Below, in pieces: positions 1 through 27,598 of a DNA stretch of 64,000 nt (position 1 is the first letter of the stretch; every line of letters starts with the position of its first letter). The stretch is from Salpingoeca rosetta (taxonomy: Eukaryota; Protista; Choanoflagellata), in contig JAWQFM010000006.1 in the NCBI GenBank assembly GCA_033442325.1, forward strand, positions 781,065-845,064, given 5' to 3'. Made by a program: the position numbers and the translations under genes. The notes under the pieces are model-generated. The model was not told the DNA's origin and ran no database searches. It saw only the letters and a list, made by a program, of their open reading frames with translations.

Positions 1-266
1 TGCTCTGTATGCCCAAAATTGTGATTGTGCTCGTGCTTGTGCTTGAGGTTGTAATTGTGCTCGTGATTGTGATTGTACTCGTGCTCGTGCTCGTGATTGT
101 GATTGTACTCATGGTTGTGATTGTGGTTGTGATTGTACTCATGGTTGTGATTGTACTCGTGGTTGTCGTGGTGGTGCTTGGGCCCCGCCCCGCTCCACAT
201 TGTGCTCCGCAACCATTGTCTCATCTGTGCCGATTGCTTTCCCCTGCGCGCTCGTTTCCTTGACAG

Positions 267-777
267 CACCTTGGTGATGACAAGCTGTTCCGCCTTGTGA
301 GCAAGCTGTACGAGATTGTGCCCGACATTCTTCTTGAGCAGGGCAAGGCCGCCAACCCCTGGCCCAACGTCGATGCCCACAGCGGTGTCCTTCTCCGCCA
401 CTACGGTTTCAACGAGCAGAACTTCTACACTGTCCTCTTTGGCGTCTCCCGCGCCCTTGGCGTCCTTCCTTCCCTCGTCTGGGACCGCGCGCTCGGTGCG
501 TAAATGTGTAGTGTGTTCTTGCCGTGTGTGTTTGTGTGTGAGTGTGTGAGTGTGTGAATGTATGCATGTGTCTGTGTGCATGCACGTTTGTTCGTGCAAT
601 CTGCTGCCGACGATTGCCTTGGTTTCCACGCAACATGTATGTCTCCATCATACGCGCCTTTCTCGTCCTCACAAAACGCACACGCACATGCACGCGCACA
701 CGCACACAGGCCTCCCTATTGAGCGCCCCAAGTCCATGAGCACCAAGGCGCTCAAGGAGTTTGTTGCCAAGCTGTAA
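267..777 (+). CDS. CS: Citrate synthase (eukaryotic type), last two exons (267-495, 710-777); 5' part lies outside the window
   Basis: Translation gives [14 protein letters not shown]...[13 protein letters not shown] and, after a GT-AG intron, [21 protein letters not shown]. These are hallmark C-terminal citrate synthase motifs. Confidence 0.95.
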
Positions 778-1072
778 TCGTCCCCCCCCCCCACTGTTGT
801 CGTTGTCGTTGTTGTGATTGTCCCTTTTGTGCCTTTGTTGGTGCTTTCCCTCCCTCTCCACCATGATCTCGTCTCTCCTCCCCTCCCCTCCCTTGCCTTC
901 TCTGTTCCCACCCTTGTCACGATGTCATTCATGTCGTCAATCTAGAGCCTTCCTTCCCGCGCATCCATCCATCCATCCATACAATGCGCGAAAGCGCAGA
1001 CCCGTGCTTCAAGCAGCGTGACACCACGGTTGTTGTCGCTGGCAATGCCCATTCCACGGCAATCTCCTGTCA

Positions 1073-1155
<83 letters not shown>

Positions 1156-1162
1156 TGAACAG

Positions 1163-11169
<10,007 letters not shown>

Positions 11170-11424
11170 NNNNNNNNNNNNNNNNNNNNNNNNNNNNNNN
11201 NNNNNNNNNNNNNNNNNNNNNNNNNNNNNNNNNNNNNNNNNNNNNNNNNNNNNNNNNNNNNNNNNNNNNGGAGGCGTCGGCGTCTGGGGGCAGGGGCTTT
11301 GCGTGCTGGTGCGCCCAGTCTCATGTGTTTGTGAGTAGGAGAGTACTCTCTGAGCGCCGTGCGTTCAAGTCCCCAGGCAAACCAAACACAGAAACAGATC
11401 CACACAGACACAGCACACAGCACT

Positions 11425-11482
<58 letters not shown>

Positions 11483-12108
11483 CACATACACACACACTCT
11501 TCTAATTACGTTTGCGTGTCGTGTCGTGCTTTTGTTCCACAGGTGTGGGTGCTGTGAGGAGATAATTTACGAATATCTTTCATGATCCTTCGCTCAAGTA
11601 AACCTCTGAGAACGCACATTGATTGGAATCATTCGTAAAACTTCCCCGATGGATTGAGCGAAAGTGTTCGCATGATTTTCAGAGATTGTCGACTCGCAGG
11701 GCACACACACCACGTACCTCGCTCGCACAGCAAACACACACGAAGGCAGTTTCGCCTTCTTCTTCGCGTTCTCTGCATCTCCTCTCTCGTGTGTCTGCAG
11801 TTGCTGCTTGTTGTTTTCTGCCGTGCCCACCAGCCAGTTCACCAGCCAGTTCACCACCCGAGCACCCCGACCGAGAGCCAGCTTCCAGCCCTTCTTCGTG
11901 TGACCTGTGCCCTCAGCAAAGAAATACACCCTCCCCCACTGTCACAGCTCAATTGCTCTTGTTGCATCTCAGCGAGAGCAGCCACATCAGCAAAACAGAA
12001 CAAAACGAAGTTCCCTGATCAGCTGCTGATCTCTGCCGACTGCTTGCCTGCGCGTGTTCCGTTTCCCTGCATCGGAAATCACACCCAGCTGCCAACCAAC
12101 CGCCAACA

Positions 12109-13260
12109 ATGGACAAGTCTGGAGACCCAAAGCCCCGTCGCTCCTCTGCGTACGTTCAACACAGCCCCGGTTCACTTGTTTTTTGGCTGCATTGTGCTTG
12201 CTGCCTTGCCTCGATTGTGGCGTGGCACAAGACTGGCGGCCGTGCGCAGCTAGCTGCGCTTGCATATTGCATGTAACTGCCCACCGTGTATTCCTCAACG
12301 CGTGCGGTCCAGTGGCGACAAGTGGCAACAAGCTTTAAAAACACCAGCAAGCGCCATCTCATGCATTCTCCCAGATCAACCCCACTCACGCCATGCCTGC
12401 TTGGACCATTATTGCTGCTGCTTGTGTTGTCCACGTGGTTCCTTGTGTTGTGTGCTGGTGATGTGGTTGTGTGGCGTTTGTGTAGCCGCGACACGTTGTC
12501 CACGAGCCGCCACGACGCTGCTCGGCCCAACCCTTACCGCTACAGCCGCAAGACCATCCTTGAGCTGTTCAACCCTTCTGTCCCTGCTCCCGACGGCCTT
12601 GACGACTGTGGCGAGCTGTACTCCAAGCAGGTTTCCAAGCCGCTCGGTCTGACCGACTGGACGGACGCCGAGGTACGCCATCTCGCCCTGTGCTTGTGCA
12701 TGTGTACGTGTGCCTGCGCGCGTGCGCGCATCTCAATTGTGGAACCGCTGGCGGGTTTGGTGTCGTTGCGCGGGTGCACTGCAACACGCGTGGAAGCTCA
12801 ACGACCACTGCTCACGTTTCTGTTCATCACTGTCGTTTTCAGCTGGAGGTTCGCCGCGAGGGTCCGCCACCTGCTGCCCGTCGTGAACCAGCGCGTTCTG
12901 GTGAGTTATGGCCTAGCTTCACACGCACGCACGCACGCACGCATGCCCTTTATTTTGATTGTTGGTTCATGTTTGTGTTACTTCGTTGTCACTGGTCCTG
13001 AAACCCCCCCCCCCTCCCCGCAAGCACCCATTCCCTGACCGCGTGTTGTGCTTGCTGTGTTTGTGTGCTTTTACCCTTGTGGCACTTGCTGCTGTCGTTG
13101 TGTCGCATGCAACAACAGATGTGCATAACCCGCGCGTCCCCGCTGGCCGTGGTGGCCGTGGCTTCTTCTCCCGCACCAGCGACCGGTATAGCTGCTTCTG
13201 TTCACACAGCCGCGCATGCTTGCGGTCGTTGCTGCCCTGACCAACTGCCTTCACAAACAA

Positions 13261-13347
<87 letters not shown>

Positions 13348-16300
13348 CACAATCGAAACAGTTAATGTGATGGTTTGCTCATCTCATGTTCACCTTTGTT
13401 TGCTGCGCTCGCCCTCCCCCCCCAAAACAAAACCACGCGTTTTCAGCCTGCCAAACCGCGGCCGAGGCCATGCTCCCGAAGGCCACTACGTCCGCGTCGA
13501 CTTTGGCGGAGCACCCAGCAGCCCCAAGTCGTATGGCAACCGCCCCCGCGTTCCCCGTGGCCGCCGCCCCATATCGGAGGTGCGTGCCAGTGTAGAAGAC
13601 GTTGACCCACGGGCCCACGCAGTGCTTGGCTACTACCCCCGCCCTCCTCCCCTTGAGCTCCTTGTTGGCTCGTCTGACACGATGTGAATGTGTTTTGTGT
13701 TGTTGCAGGCGCACGCCTTCCAGCGCAACTGGCGCCGCTCGGATACGGACGAGCCTGCTGCCCCTTCCCGCGGCAATGGTGGTGCGTTGCTGCTGATGAC
13801 GTTCTGATTGCTGATCTGCCAGCAGTGATGACGCTGGCATGCCTCCGCTCACAACCCATGTGTTTCATGCTCGCCCGCATCCGGCACAATGCACAGGTCG
13901 CCAGGACACGGCCTGGGAGGAGCCAAACGACGCCGATCCTTTCACCTTCTCTGGTGGCCGCAGGTGCGTTCTTTTATGCGTGTGTGTGCGTGCGTGCGTG
14001 CGCGAGTGTGTGCGTGTGTGTGTGTGTGTGTGCGTGCGTGCGTGTGTGTGTGTGTGCGTGTGTGTGCGTGCGTGCGTGCGCGAGTGTGTGCATGTTTCTG
14101 CCCGTCAGCGCCCGTCAGCGCATCTGTCCCATCTGTCTTGGCAGTGAAATCTGTACGGCAACTGCGCCTGGCGCTCGTGTCACTCACACCCCCATGCTAC
14201 CGCCACACCACCTCTGCATCACCCACCTCCTTGCTTTCGGCTTGATCCACCATCAGAAGCCGCCACAACTCGACCAAGGAACCTCCCGCCCCACCTGGAC
14301 TTGACACCGACACCGCCGCTGCCCCCACCATGCCCAAATGGAACTACATTGACAAGAAAGGCATCAGCCAAGGCCCCTTTGAGAGCAACTCCATGCACCA
14401 CTGGCTTTCCAACAACTTCTTCAAGGACGACCTCCCCGTGAAGCGTGCCTCGGACTCTGGTTTTGTCACCCTCAAGCAAGTGTTTGAGTACCTGAAGCAG
14501 CGCAACATCCCAGCTGACCACCTCTTTGCCAAGCCCCTGCCCACCGATTTCGACGACTTTATGGCCACCGCTACCGCCAGCAGCACGGAGCCCTCCGCCG
14601 ATACGACCGCCAACGCCACCGCCGCCCCCGCAGCCGCTGCAGCGGCCGTCCAGCAACAGCAACAGCACCAGCAACAACAGCAGCAGCAGCCAGTGCAAGC
14701 CGAGCAGCATTCCCTTCCATCTACGCCCCTTCGCTCTGAAGCCCCACTCCAAGTGTCCCAACCGCCAGCAGCCCAGCAGCAGCAGATGCCCCAGTCTCCA
14801 ATGCAGCAGCATGTGCCGAGCGCGCAGCAGTACTTTGCACCCGCACAGGATCGCCAGCACCCGCAGCACCATCAGCAGCAGCAGCAGGCCCACGGTATGT
14901 ACCAGCAAGGTGCCGCCATGTCCCCACACGCCCAGAGCATGCACCCGTCCTCCCAAGCGCAGCAGCCACCCAACGTGTGGCAGCAGCAGCAGCAGCGCAC
15001 CTCGTCCTTTGGTTCTGTGAGTGAAATGCCTGGCCAGAGCGCGGTCGGAACGTTGCAGATGGGGTCACCATCTTCACACGTTGAGGCGCCCTCCTCCCCC
15101 AGCGCCTATCCGAACGCTCCCTACCACCAGCAGCACACCCCTTCGCACCAGGACTACCGCGCACACCAATACGCCCAGCAGCAGCAGCAGCAGCAGCAGC
15201 CCCAACAATATGCCCCACAACACCAGCACCAGCAGGCCATGTATCAGCAGCAGCAGCAGGTACACCACCAGCCGGCCTCCGCTGCATCCTCAGCGACCCA
15301 CCCCATGCTGATGACGTCGCAAGCGACAGAAGGCCCCGTCCACGCCCCTCAGCACGGCACCGATCTGCTGGCGCACTTGCGCGCCGGTTCCAACGCCCCT
15401 TCCGCTCCGGTTCAGCCCCAGCAGCAGCATCAACAGCATCGTCAGGTGTCCCAGCAGTTCCAGCAGTCGCCTCAGCAGGCCCCTGCTTACCAGCATGAAG
15501 ACCAGCGTGCAGCCATGCTTGCACAACAACAGCAGCAACAGCAGCGCCAGCGCCAGGCCTCTGTTGGCTCTGGTCCAGGGACGCCTGCTGCTGTGGGCAG
15601 CTTTGACCTGCCAGCGGACGCAAACCAGTGGTCGCTGGAGACAGTGACGCAGCGCATTGGCGTTGTGCGCACCGCCCACAAGCAGCTGCACAGCGAGGCG
15701 GCAGCGCTGGCAGAGACCATGAGCGGCTTGATGGCCGAGCACAAGGCGATCCAGCAGCAGCAGGCGCAGGCGCCGCCCGAGCTTGCCGCGCGGCTGCACC
15801 AGGTGCTTGAGACGGTGACTGCCCGCGCGGAGGAGGTGGGCCAGCGCTACCGCCAGCTGCAGGAGAGCGACATCCAGATGCAGCAGCATCATGCCCAGCT
15901 GCTTGCGCTGCAGCATTCGATTGCCGCCAAGCACGCACAGCAGCAGCAGCAGCAACAGCAGCAACAACAACAACAGCAGCAGCAACAGCATCATCAGGTG
16001 GCTCCAACACAGGTTCAGCAACCTGCTGCTCAACAGCAGCAGCAAGCGCTGCCGCAGCAGCAGGGCGGGGCTAGTCGCACTTCCACCAGCAGGGCACCCT
16101 TGCCGCGCATTGAATCGCTGGCACTTAACGACCAGGTCGCGCCTGCAGCCACAGACGGCGACGACCACGACGACGTGTTTGTGGATGACAGCGGCAAGCA
16201 GTCGCAGGGTGCGTGGGGCGAGGTTCCCGTGCACCACGACGGCGACAACTGGGACATTGAGGGTGTCACCGAGACGCAGTGGGACGACAGCCAGCAGGCA

Positions 16301-16864
16301 TCCAAGGAAGCTGACAAGAAGGCACAGCCGAAGAAGGCGGCGCCTGCTCCCACAGCGGCCGCGTCGTCAGCGAGCGGCAAGCCGTCTGCGTGGGGCCGCA
16401 ACGCGCGTCGCAGTGGCTCTGCGGCAGCGGCTGCAGACACCAGCAACCCGACCGCGCCCACAACAGCAGCACCCGTAGCAGCGCCTCCCACGGCGGCGAA
16501 GAGCACACACCAGCCGTCGCTGTCTGAGATTGAGGCCGAGCAGGCGCGCATTGCCAAGGAGCAGGAGGAGGAGCGCAAGCGCATCGAGGAGAACCAGATG
16601 CGTCTCATGATGACGGTGACTCAGGCCAAGAGCCGCGGTGCCGCCACCACAGCTGCGTCCAACGGCGGTGCGACGAGCGGTGCTTGGACGCAGCCGTCTG
16701 CGTGGGGCTCTCAGAGCAAGGCTGCACCGACCCTGAGGGACATTGAGCGTCAGGAACAAATGGTGCGCGCCACATTGCTGCGCCACTTTTTGTTGTGCTG
16801 TAGTCCTCGTTGTTGTCCTGGCACAACCGAACCATGCGAGCGTCACTCACCCTCACCGCGTTGG

Positions 16865-16927
<63 letters not shown>

Positions 16928-17849
16928 CACGTACCACTTTGGTGTCTTTGCTTGCTTCCCCCCCCCCGAATGTGTAGAGGCAGAAGCAAATCAAGAAGAA
17001 GCAGCAGCAGCGCATGCAAAGCGCGGCAGTTCCTCCCGCTGCCAAGGGCAAGTCGTGGCTCCAGGTATGTGCACGCGTGTGTGTGTGTATGCGTGTGTGT
17101 GCATGTTTTATTTATCGCCCGTGTGACGCCTTGTCTTGTTGAGTTGTGTTTTCTTGTTGTGCGGGAGGCGCCGCTTGTTGCTGACGTTGTTCAACCCTTT
17201 TCTTGTCATGTTCAGGCTGTTGGCGCAGACCCAGCCCCGCCACCAGTGCAGAAGGTTTGTTGTTACCCGCTCGTCATGTGTGTTGATACGTGCGGATGCG
17301 TGTGTGAGTGTAGCCTTTGCATGGACTCAGTATTGTTTCTAGGATCTTGCCATCCTCTTCCATGACTCACGTGCCGTCTCATTACATCTCCAGGGTCGGT
17401 CGTTGCTGGACATCGAGGCTGAGGAGCGCACGCGTACTGTGCAACGAAAGCCCGCAGCCACTGCCACCGCCAAGGTTGCCGCCAAGGCGCCCGTGCCGTG
17501 GTCCGCAGGCGCCAAGGGCAACCAGGCATCCGCACCCCAGGCGAGGCACCAGCACCAGCAGCATAGGCCTGCGCAACGGCACGCTGACGAAGATGACTCC
17601 TTCTGGGGCTCTGTCACCGCCCGCGCACCCCCGTCATCGTGCGTTTCCTGTGTGTATGTGTGTGTATGTGCTTGTGACTTGTGTTTATGTGTGCGTGTGT
17701 GTGTATGTGGGGATATTTCGTTCTTGCTGTGTACATCTTTGCCTTACTAACCCTCACAACACCTTGTAACTTTGTACCACCACCGTCACAGGTCTGCAAA
17801 GACGGTGTCCAAGCCTTCATCTGCCATCGCCGCTCGGTGAGTGTTTGAG

Positions 17850-17918
<69 letters not shown>

Positions 17919-18507
17919 CATGAAGTGTGCGTATGACACTGGACATCTCACACAGGCGTGCGTTGACGCTCTCGCATCCCCTTTCCACTTGCCCCCTCTC
18001 ACCCATGTGCTCATCCTGATTGTTTGTTTGTTTTTGCCTCCACCCGTGTTGCATCTGAGCAGCAAGACCCCTGTCAAGGCGAGCAAGAGCAAGGGCAAGG
18101 GCAAGGGCGGCAAGAACGCTGCCAAGGAGGTGCCGATTCGCAAGGAATTTATGGGCTGGTGCAAAAAGGAGATTGGCGCGCTGACGAGCGACGTGGATGC
18201 GGAGACGCTTGTGAAGGTGCTGCTTGAGATTCCACAGCCGGAGGACGTGATTGACTTTGTCACGGAGCAGCTGGGCGAGCGCGCCCGCAAGTTCTCCAAG
18301 GCGTTCCTGCAGAAGCGCGCGACGGCGTTTGAGGGCGACGCGGGACAGGTGTTGCCGACGGTGGATGATGACTCGTGGCAGCCGTCCAAGTCCACGAAGA
18401 CCAAGAAGAAGCGGCGGTTCAAGAAGGTTTCCGGCCCAGACCTGCTCACCTTCAACGTCGCCCCAGGGTCAAGCCTCAACCGCGGTGGCCGCGACTTTGC
18501 AAAGTGA
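12109..18507 (+). CDS. GIGYF: GIGYF1/2 (Smy2-like) GYF-domain translational repressor, multi-exon
   Basis: N-terminal [12 protein letters not shown]...[11 protein letters not shown] (4EHP-binding-type motif). GYF domain [38 protein letters not shown]-rich and coiled-coil middle with SLSEIEAEQ / TLRDIERQE repeats. C-terminal [10 protein letters not shown]...FSKAFLQKR and KKKRRFKKV. Start ATG at 12109 is inferred from phase-compatible splicing. Confidence 0.85.
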
Positions 18508-18813
18508 TGCGTGTGCTCGCCGCCGTGGCACCGCCATGTGCCTTGGTTGAATGGAATGACACTGGTGGGAAGTTCATGGGGAGGTGGCGTTGTGATTTGA
18601 CAGCAAGAAGGCAAGGGGTACTGGATTCAGCTCACCACCCACCAGTGGTGGACTGTGTGTATCGTGATGGTCATTGTTCTTCGCCCTCTACAGTGCGTGG
18701 CGTTGAGTTGAAAGCCCCTTGTTCTTGAGCTGTGTTCTCCCATGCGCCTCTCGCTCGCTTCCCGCTTCATGTGCGTGTATGTGTATGTGTTGCGATGTGA
18801 TGTGAAGATACGT

Positions 18814-18859
<46 letters not shown>

Positions 18860-19218
18860 TTTGATCAATTACACTTGCGAACCAGCAATAGGGAGCAGCA
18901 GGTGGCTGAGAAGCAAGCAGGCAAGGGCGACCACGCCGACAACGAATGATGCACCAGCAGCACACCAGTGCCGTCAGAAACGGAGAGCGAGTAAGAAGAA
19001 TGCTTGTACAGGGCACAGCACACAGTGCGCTGGCAGCACTCGACGTGATTCGAGCGCAGCGCGTCAAAGGAAGGCGGTAACACAACGGACAGCGCAGGAG
19101 CAAGCGGGATGCTGTGGTAGCAACAACATGTGACACCAGCGGCCGCAACAGCAGCTGGCACGGGCAATGGCAACAGAGGCGCACAGCAAAACGCCACATG
19201 TGATGTGTCACATTCACG

Positions 19219-19765
19219 TCACTGGTTGTTGTGGTGTTGAAGGTGGGAGATGAGAGCCTGTGCATCGAGGAGCTCTTTCCTGCATGTGAGATACTGCTGC
19301 TTGATAAAGTCAAGCTCTGCATGCACCAGGTTGAGTTCAGTCCTCAGCCGGTGATTCTGACAACGTGCGGATGTGAGTGAGTGAGTGAGTGAGTGAGTGA
19401 GTGAGTGAGTGAGTGAGTGAGTGAGTGAGTGAGTGAGTGCTCGACGAGTGTCAATTGGGTCAGAACCAACACGACCAAGGACGATAGCAGCTCCACCATC
19501 CTGCATATGCCAGCCACCAACCTCTGCTTGGGTGGCGGCGCTTGCATACAGCCCGCCCACGCGAGGGCTTGCCGGTGATGGTGATGCTGGTACAGACGAG
19601 TTCACGCTCTTGTGGCCCAGTTTTGGGGCAGCCATCCCAATGCCATTGCCGTTCGTCGGTGTGGCAGAGGGCGCTGTTGTCGCTACGTGTGATGTATTTG
19701 CCAAGCGCGAACGAACACGCTCCTGCTCTTGCTGTTGCCTTTGTTCTTGCTGTTGCCTTTGTTGC

Positions 19766-19805
<40 letters not shown>

Positions 19806-20767
19806 GCTCATGCCCATTAGCATCGCAGTTAGGACGCGGTGTCCGCTTGCCCATCTTTGCTGCTTGCACTTTCCGGCCCGTGTCCTGCTGCGTGCGTGTC
19901 TGCGATGTGTTGGCTCCGTGGGCAGCCGCCTTTGGGGTTCGCGTGCGCGCGCGTGACGCCTGTTTTGTGTCACGCGAGCGAGTGTGTAGAGCAACAACGA
20001 CAATGTGAGAAGGCAGAGAAGATGAGGTGAGCAAAACCTCCCAGTAGTTCATTTTGACAAATCTACGCACGTGTGCGCGCATGCGCATGTGCACGTGCCT
20101 GCAGGGGGAGAGTAGTGTTCGCATACCTTTGGTGTTTTTGGAATAGAGCGACTGTGCGCCACGCCATTAGACAAGACGGGCAGCCATCCCAATGCCATTG
20201 CCGTTCGTCGGTGTGGCAGAGGGCGCTGTTGTCGCTACGTGTGATGTATTTGCCAAGCGCGAACGAACACGCTCCTGCTCTTGCTGTTGCCTTTGTTCTT
20301 GCTGTTGCCTTTGTTGCTGTGTTGTTGTGTTGTTGTTGTTGTTGTTGTTGTTGTTGCTCATGCCCATTAGCATCGCAGTTAGGACGCGGTGTCCGCTTGC
20401 CCATCTTTGCTGCTTGCACTTTCCGGCCCGTGTCCTGCTGCGTGCGTGTCTGCGATGTGTTGGCTCCGTGGGCAGCCGCCTTTGGGGTTCGCGTGCGCGC
20501 GCGTGACGCCTGTTTTGTGTCACGCGAGCGAGTGTGTAGAGCAACAACGACAATGTGAGAAGGCAGAGAAGATGAGGTGAGCAAAACCTCCCAGTAGTTC
20601 ATTTTGACAAATCTACGCACGTGTGCGCGCATGCGCATGTGCACGTGCCTGCAGGGGGAGAGTAGTGTTCGCATACCTTTGGTGTTTTGGGATAGAGCGA
20701 CTGTGCGCTGGTGTGCGGAAACAGGCGGAGAAGCCAGTCATGCAAGCTGCGGCCCTCAAGCGTAAAC

Positions 20768-20839
<72 letters not shown>

Positions 20840-21975
20840 GGCAGTGAAGGAAGGAGTCAGAGTAGCGGCATGAAGAGAGTGAAGACAGCGGAGAGGAAGG
20901 CAAGGCAGCTGTCCCCGTTTTGCGAGAGCGCAGGCCATGTGGCTCGTGTGTCACAAAACAAGCAGTCGCAAGACTTGCGGGCGGGCAAGCACTTACCAGG
21001 CGATGAAACACTTCTCGCCCCGACTGGGTGCTGGTTTTCAAGTACTTGAGCTTGAACTTTTCTCCAATTTCCTCTCCAAACACAGAAGCCGCTGCATCGC
21101 ATCTGCAGAGTCAAGTGTGAACATGACAGGGCAAAAGTGCTGGCTTAGCTTGGTGCTCAACGAACCTTAGCACGCTGTGAAACCACGCCACAACACCACC
21201 ATGCACGCGGGGAGCATGCGCAGCCTTGGTCACAGGTACTGGAGTGTGGGCAGCAAACCAGCCAAGCTCAACAAGAGCATCCATCTCACAACCACAACTG
21301 ACGCTTTGTCGAAGAGTTGATCTCCAACACGCAGGAGTACGCCGTCTTGTGTGGGCGGCAGCACTATGGCTTGAAGCTTGTGTCCCTCTACTTCCATGGT
21401 ACATCTGGCCCCTTGTTGCGGCAAGTGGCCGTCAGCAAACAAGAGCCTAGGTGGTGGTGGTGGTGTGTGTTTGTTTGCGTGTGTGCATGCGTGTGCGCGT
21501 ATGTTTGAGTGTGTATATGCGTGTGAGTGAGTGAGGGAGGGAGGGAGGGAGGGGGGAGCGTTTGTGTGGCGGAGGCTTGCTAAGAGAGAGCGCAGCAGCA
21601 GCAAGAGAAGATTTTGAGGGTCATGGTCAGTAGAGACAGCAAAGGCATTGTCCATGTATGCATGCTGCCACAGGACAACAAGCACTCAATGCGCCCCAAA
21701 ACAGCCATACTTGAGGCGCTCCAGCGTGCCCTCTGGTGGCGCGTGTCCATATGTGGCGATGTCTTCCGTGTCTGTGTGTTGTGTTGCAACCAGCCAGAGT
21801 GAGCAGAAATCGAAACAGTGTGCCTTGGTGGTCGTGTTGTATGGTGTTGCCGTGTCAACGATGCAAACAAACAGCAATACATTCAGCCATGGGCACACAC
21901 AGACACAACACAGACACACACACGCAACACACACACACACACAAACACACGCAGAAACACACGCAGAAACACACA

Positions 21976-22009
<34 letters not shown>

Positions 22010-22209
22010 AACACACACACACACACAAACACACACAAACACAAACACACACACACGCATGTACCGGAGCTGCTGGAGTCGCCAATGTGTGGGGTTTGGC
22101 TGGGAGAATCAGGAGATGGTAAACTCTCTTCCTCTGTCTTTGGCTTTACGCCCCTGGGCCTCCCCGAGCCATCTAGCAGCGACGGCTTGCGCTTTCCCTT
22201 CTTCGGCAT
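19219..22209 (-). CDS. Uncharacterised nuclear-type protein: basic N-terminus, RAMA-like domain, Q-rich linker, C-terminal coiled coil
   Basis: Phase-consistent GT-AG exon chain: 22209-22065, 21771-21711, 21446-21303, 21102-20997, 20766-20677, 19959-19522, 19356-19219. It translates MPKKGKRK...TLERLKLLFADGHLP...LEGRSLHDWL...NHRLRTELNLVHAELDFIKQQYL...HHNNQ*. Confidence 0.7.
19626..20708. repeat. ~530-bp near-perfect tandem duplication (19626-20159 and 20178-20708), probable assembly artefact
   Basis: The two copies differ only by indels in the (TTG)n tract and near one end, and are separated by an 18-nt unrelated linker. Only the 19959-19522 copy keeps the exon frame intact. Confidence 0.75.
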
Positions 22210-22546
22210 CCTCCTCCCCTCCACGCACTGGTCGTCACACACGCTGACAAGCAACAAGACAGGAGAAGCGCTGCTGTGTTGTTGCTGTTTGTGTTTTGCT
22301 TCGCTGACGGGCAACGTCAAAATTGCCTTTGTGGTGTGAAAGGCAAATTTGCCTTCTTTTCCCGCGCACGTTGCCTGCTCGCGTTGAGAACACACCTTCC
22401 ATTTGTTTCGTTGTCCTCCACCACCCCATATCAAGCACCGCCCTCCTGAATCGCTGACGAACGAAGGAAGGAAAGAAGCCACATACACACAAAAGCACGC
22501 GCACTCACTCTCGTACTCTTGCTTGAACGCCCACCAACAATCCATC

Positions 22547-26984
<4,438 letters not shown>

Positions 26985-27392
26985 ACCCCAACTACCCTCC
27001 CCTCTCCTCCCCTCTCCTTCCCTCCCATTGCTCTTTGTTCAGTTTTTGTTGTGGGCGGCGTCACCCATGTTGTGTCGTGGAAATGCGTCTCGTTCCATGT
27101 GTTCTTTCCTACTTGTTGCTCCTCTGGATGGCTTATCCTCCGACCTACTACTTTGAGTCAGGCTCATGCGTGTGTATGCGGTGTGTTCGTGATGTTGGTG
27201 CAGTGCTTGTGACGTGATGTGGTGGTGTGCGTACCGAGGCACTGTGCCTTCCTCGCCTTCCTTTCCATCTCGTTCGTGCCCCCATTCCCTTGTGGCCCGT
27301 CCCACAGAATAATCAATCATTTTTCGTTTCCATTGTTTTGTTCAATCAACAAAGTCGCCATCAAACCTATCAAACACCGACACGTGGCGTTG

Positions 27393-27559
27393 CTATGCGT
27401 TGTGCTGGTGCATGCGCCATGCGAGCAGCAACACGTTTTCCGGCGTGACTGATGCCTCTACGAATCGCTGCAATGGCAGAGAGGGGGAAGGAGAGGTTGT
27501 AGTGAGGCTGCGCTGACCGTGATGGTACCGACACACAGACACACAGACAAGCGGATACG

Positions 27560-27598
<39 letters not shown>

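Noticed and set aside
9-263. Highly hydrophobic V/I/L ORF as a membrane peptide
   Set aside because: It is a hexamer-type repeat (GTGATT/GTGCTC) inside a citrate synthase intron ending at the 266 acceptor.
19626-20708. Real exon duplication in the RAMA-like gene
   Set aside because: Copies differ only by slippage-type errors near their ends and one copy is frameshifted. This is typical of an unmerged contig overlap, though not excluded without reads.
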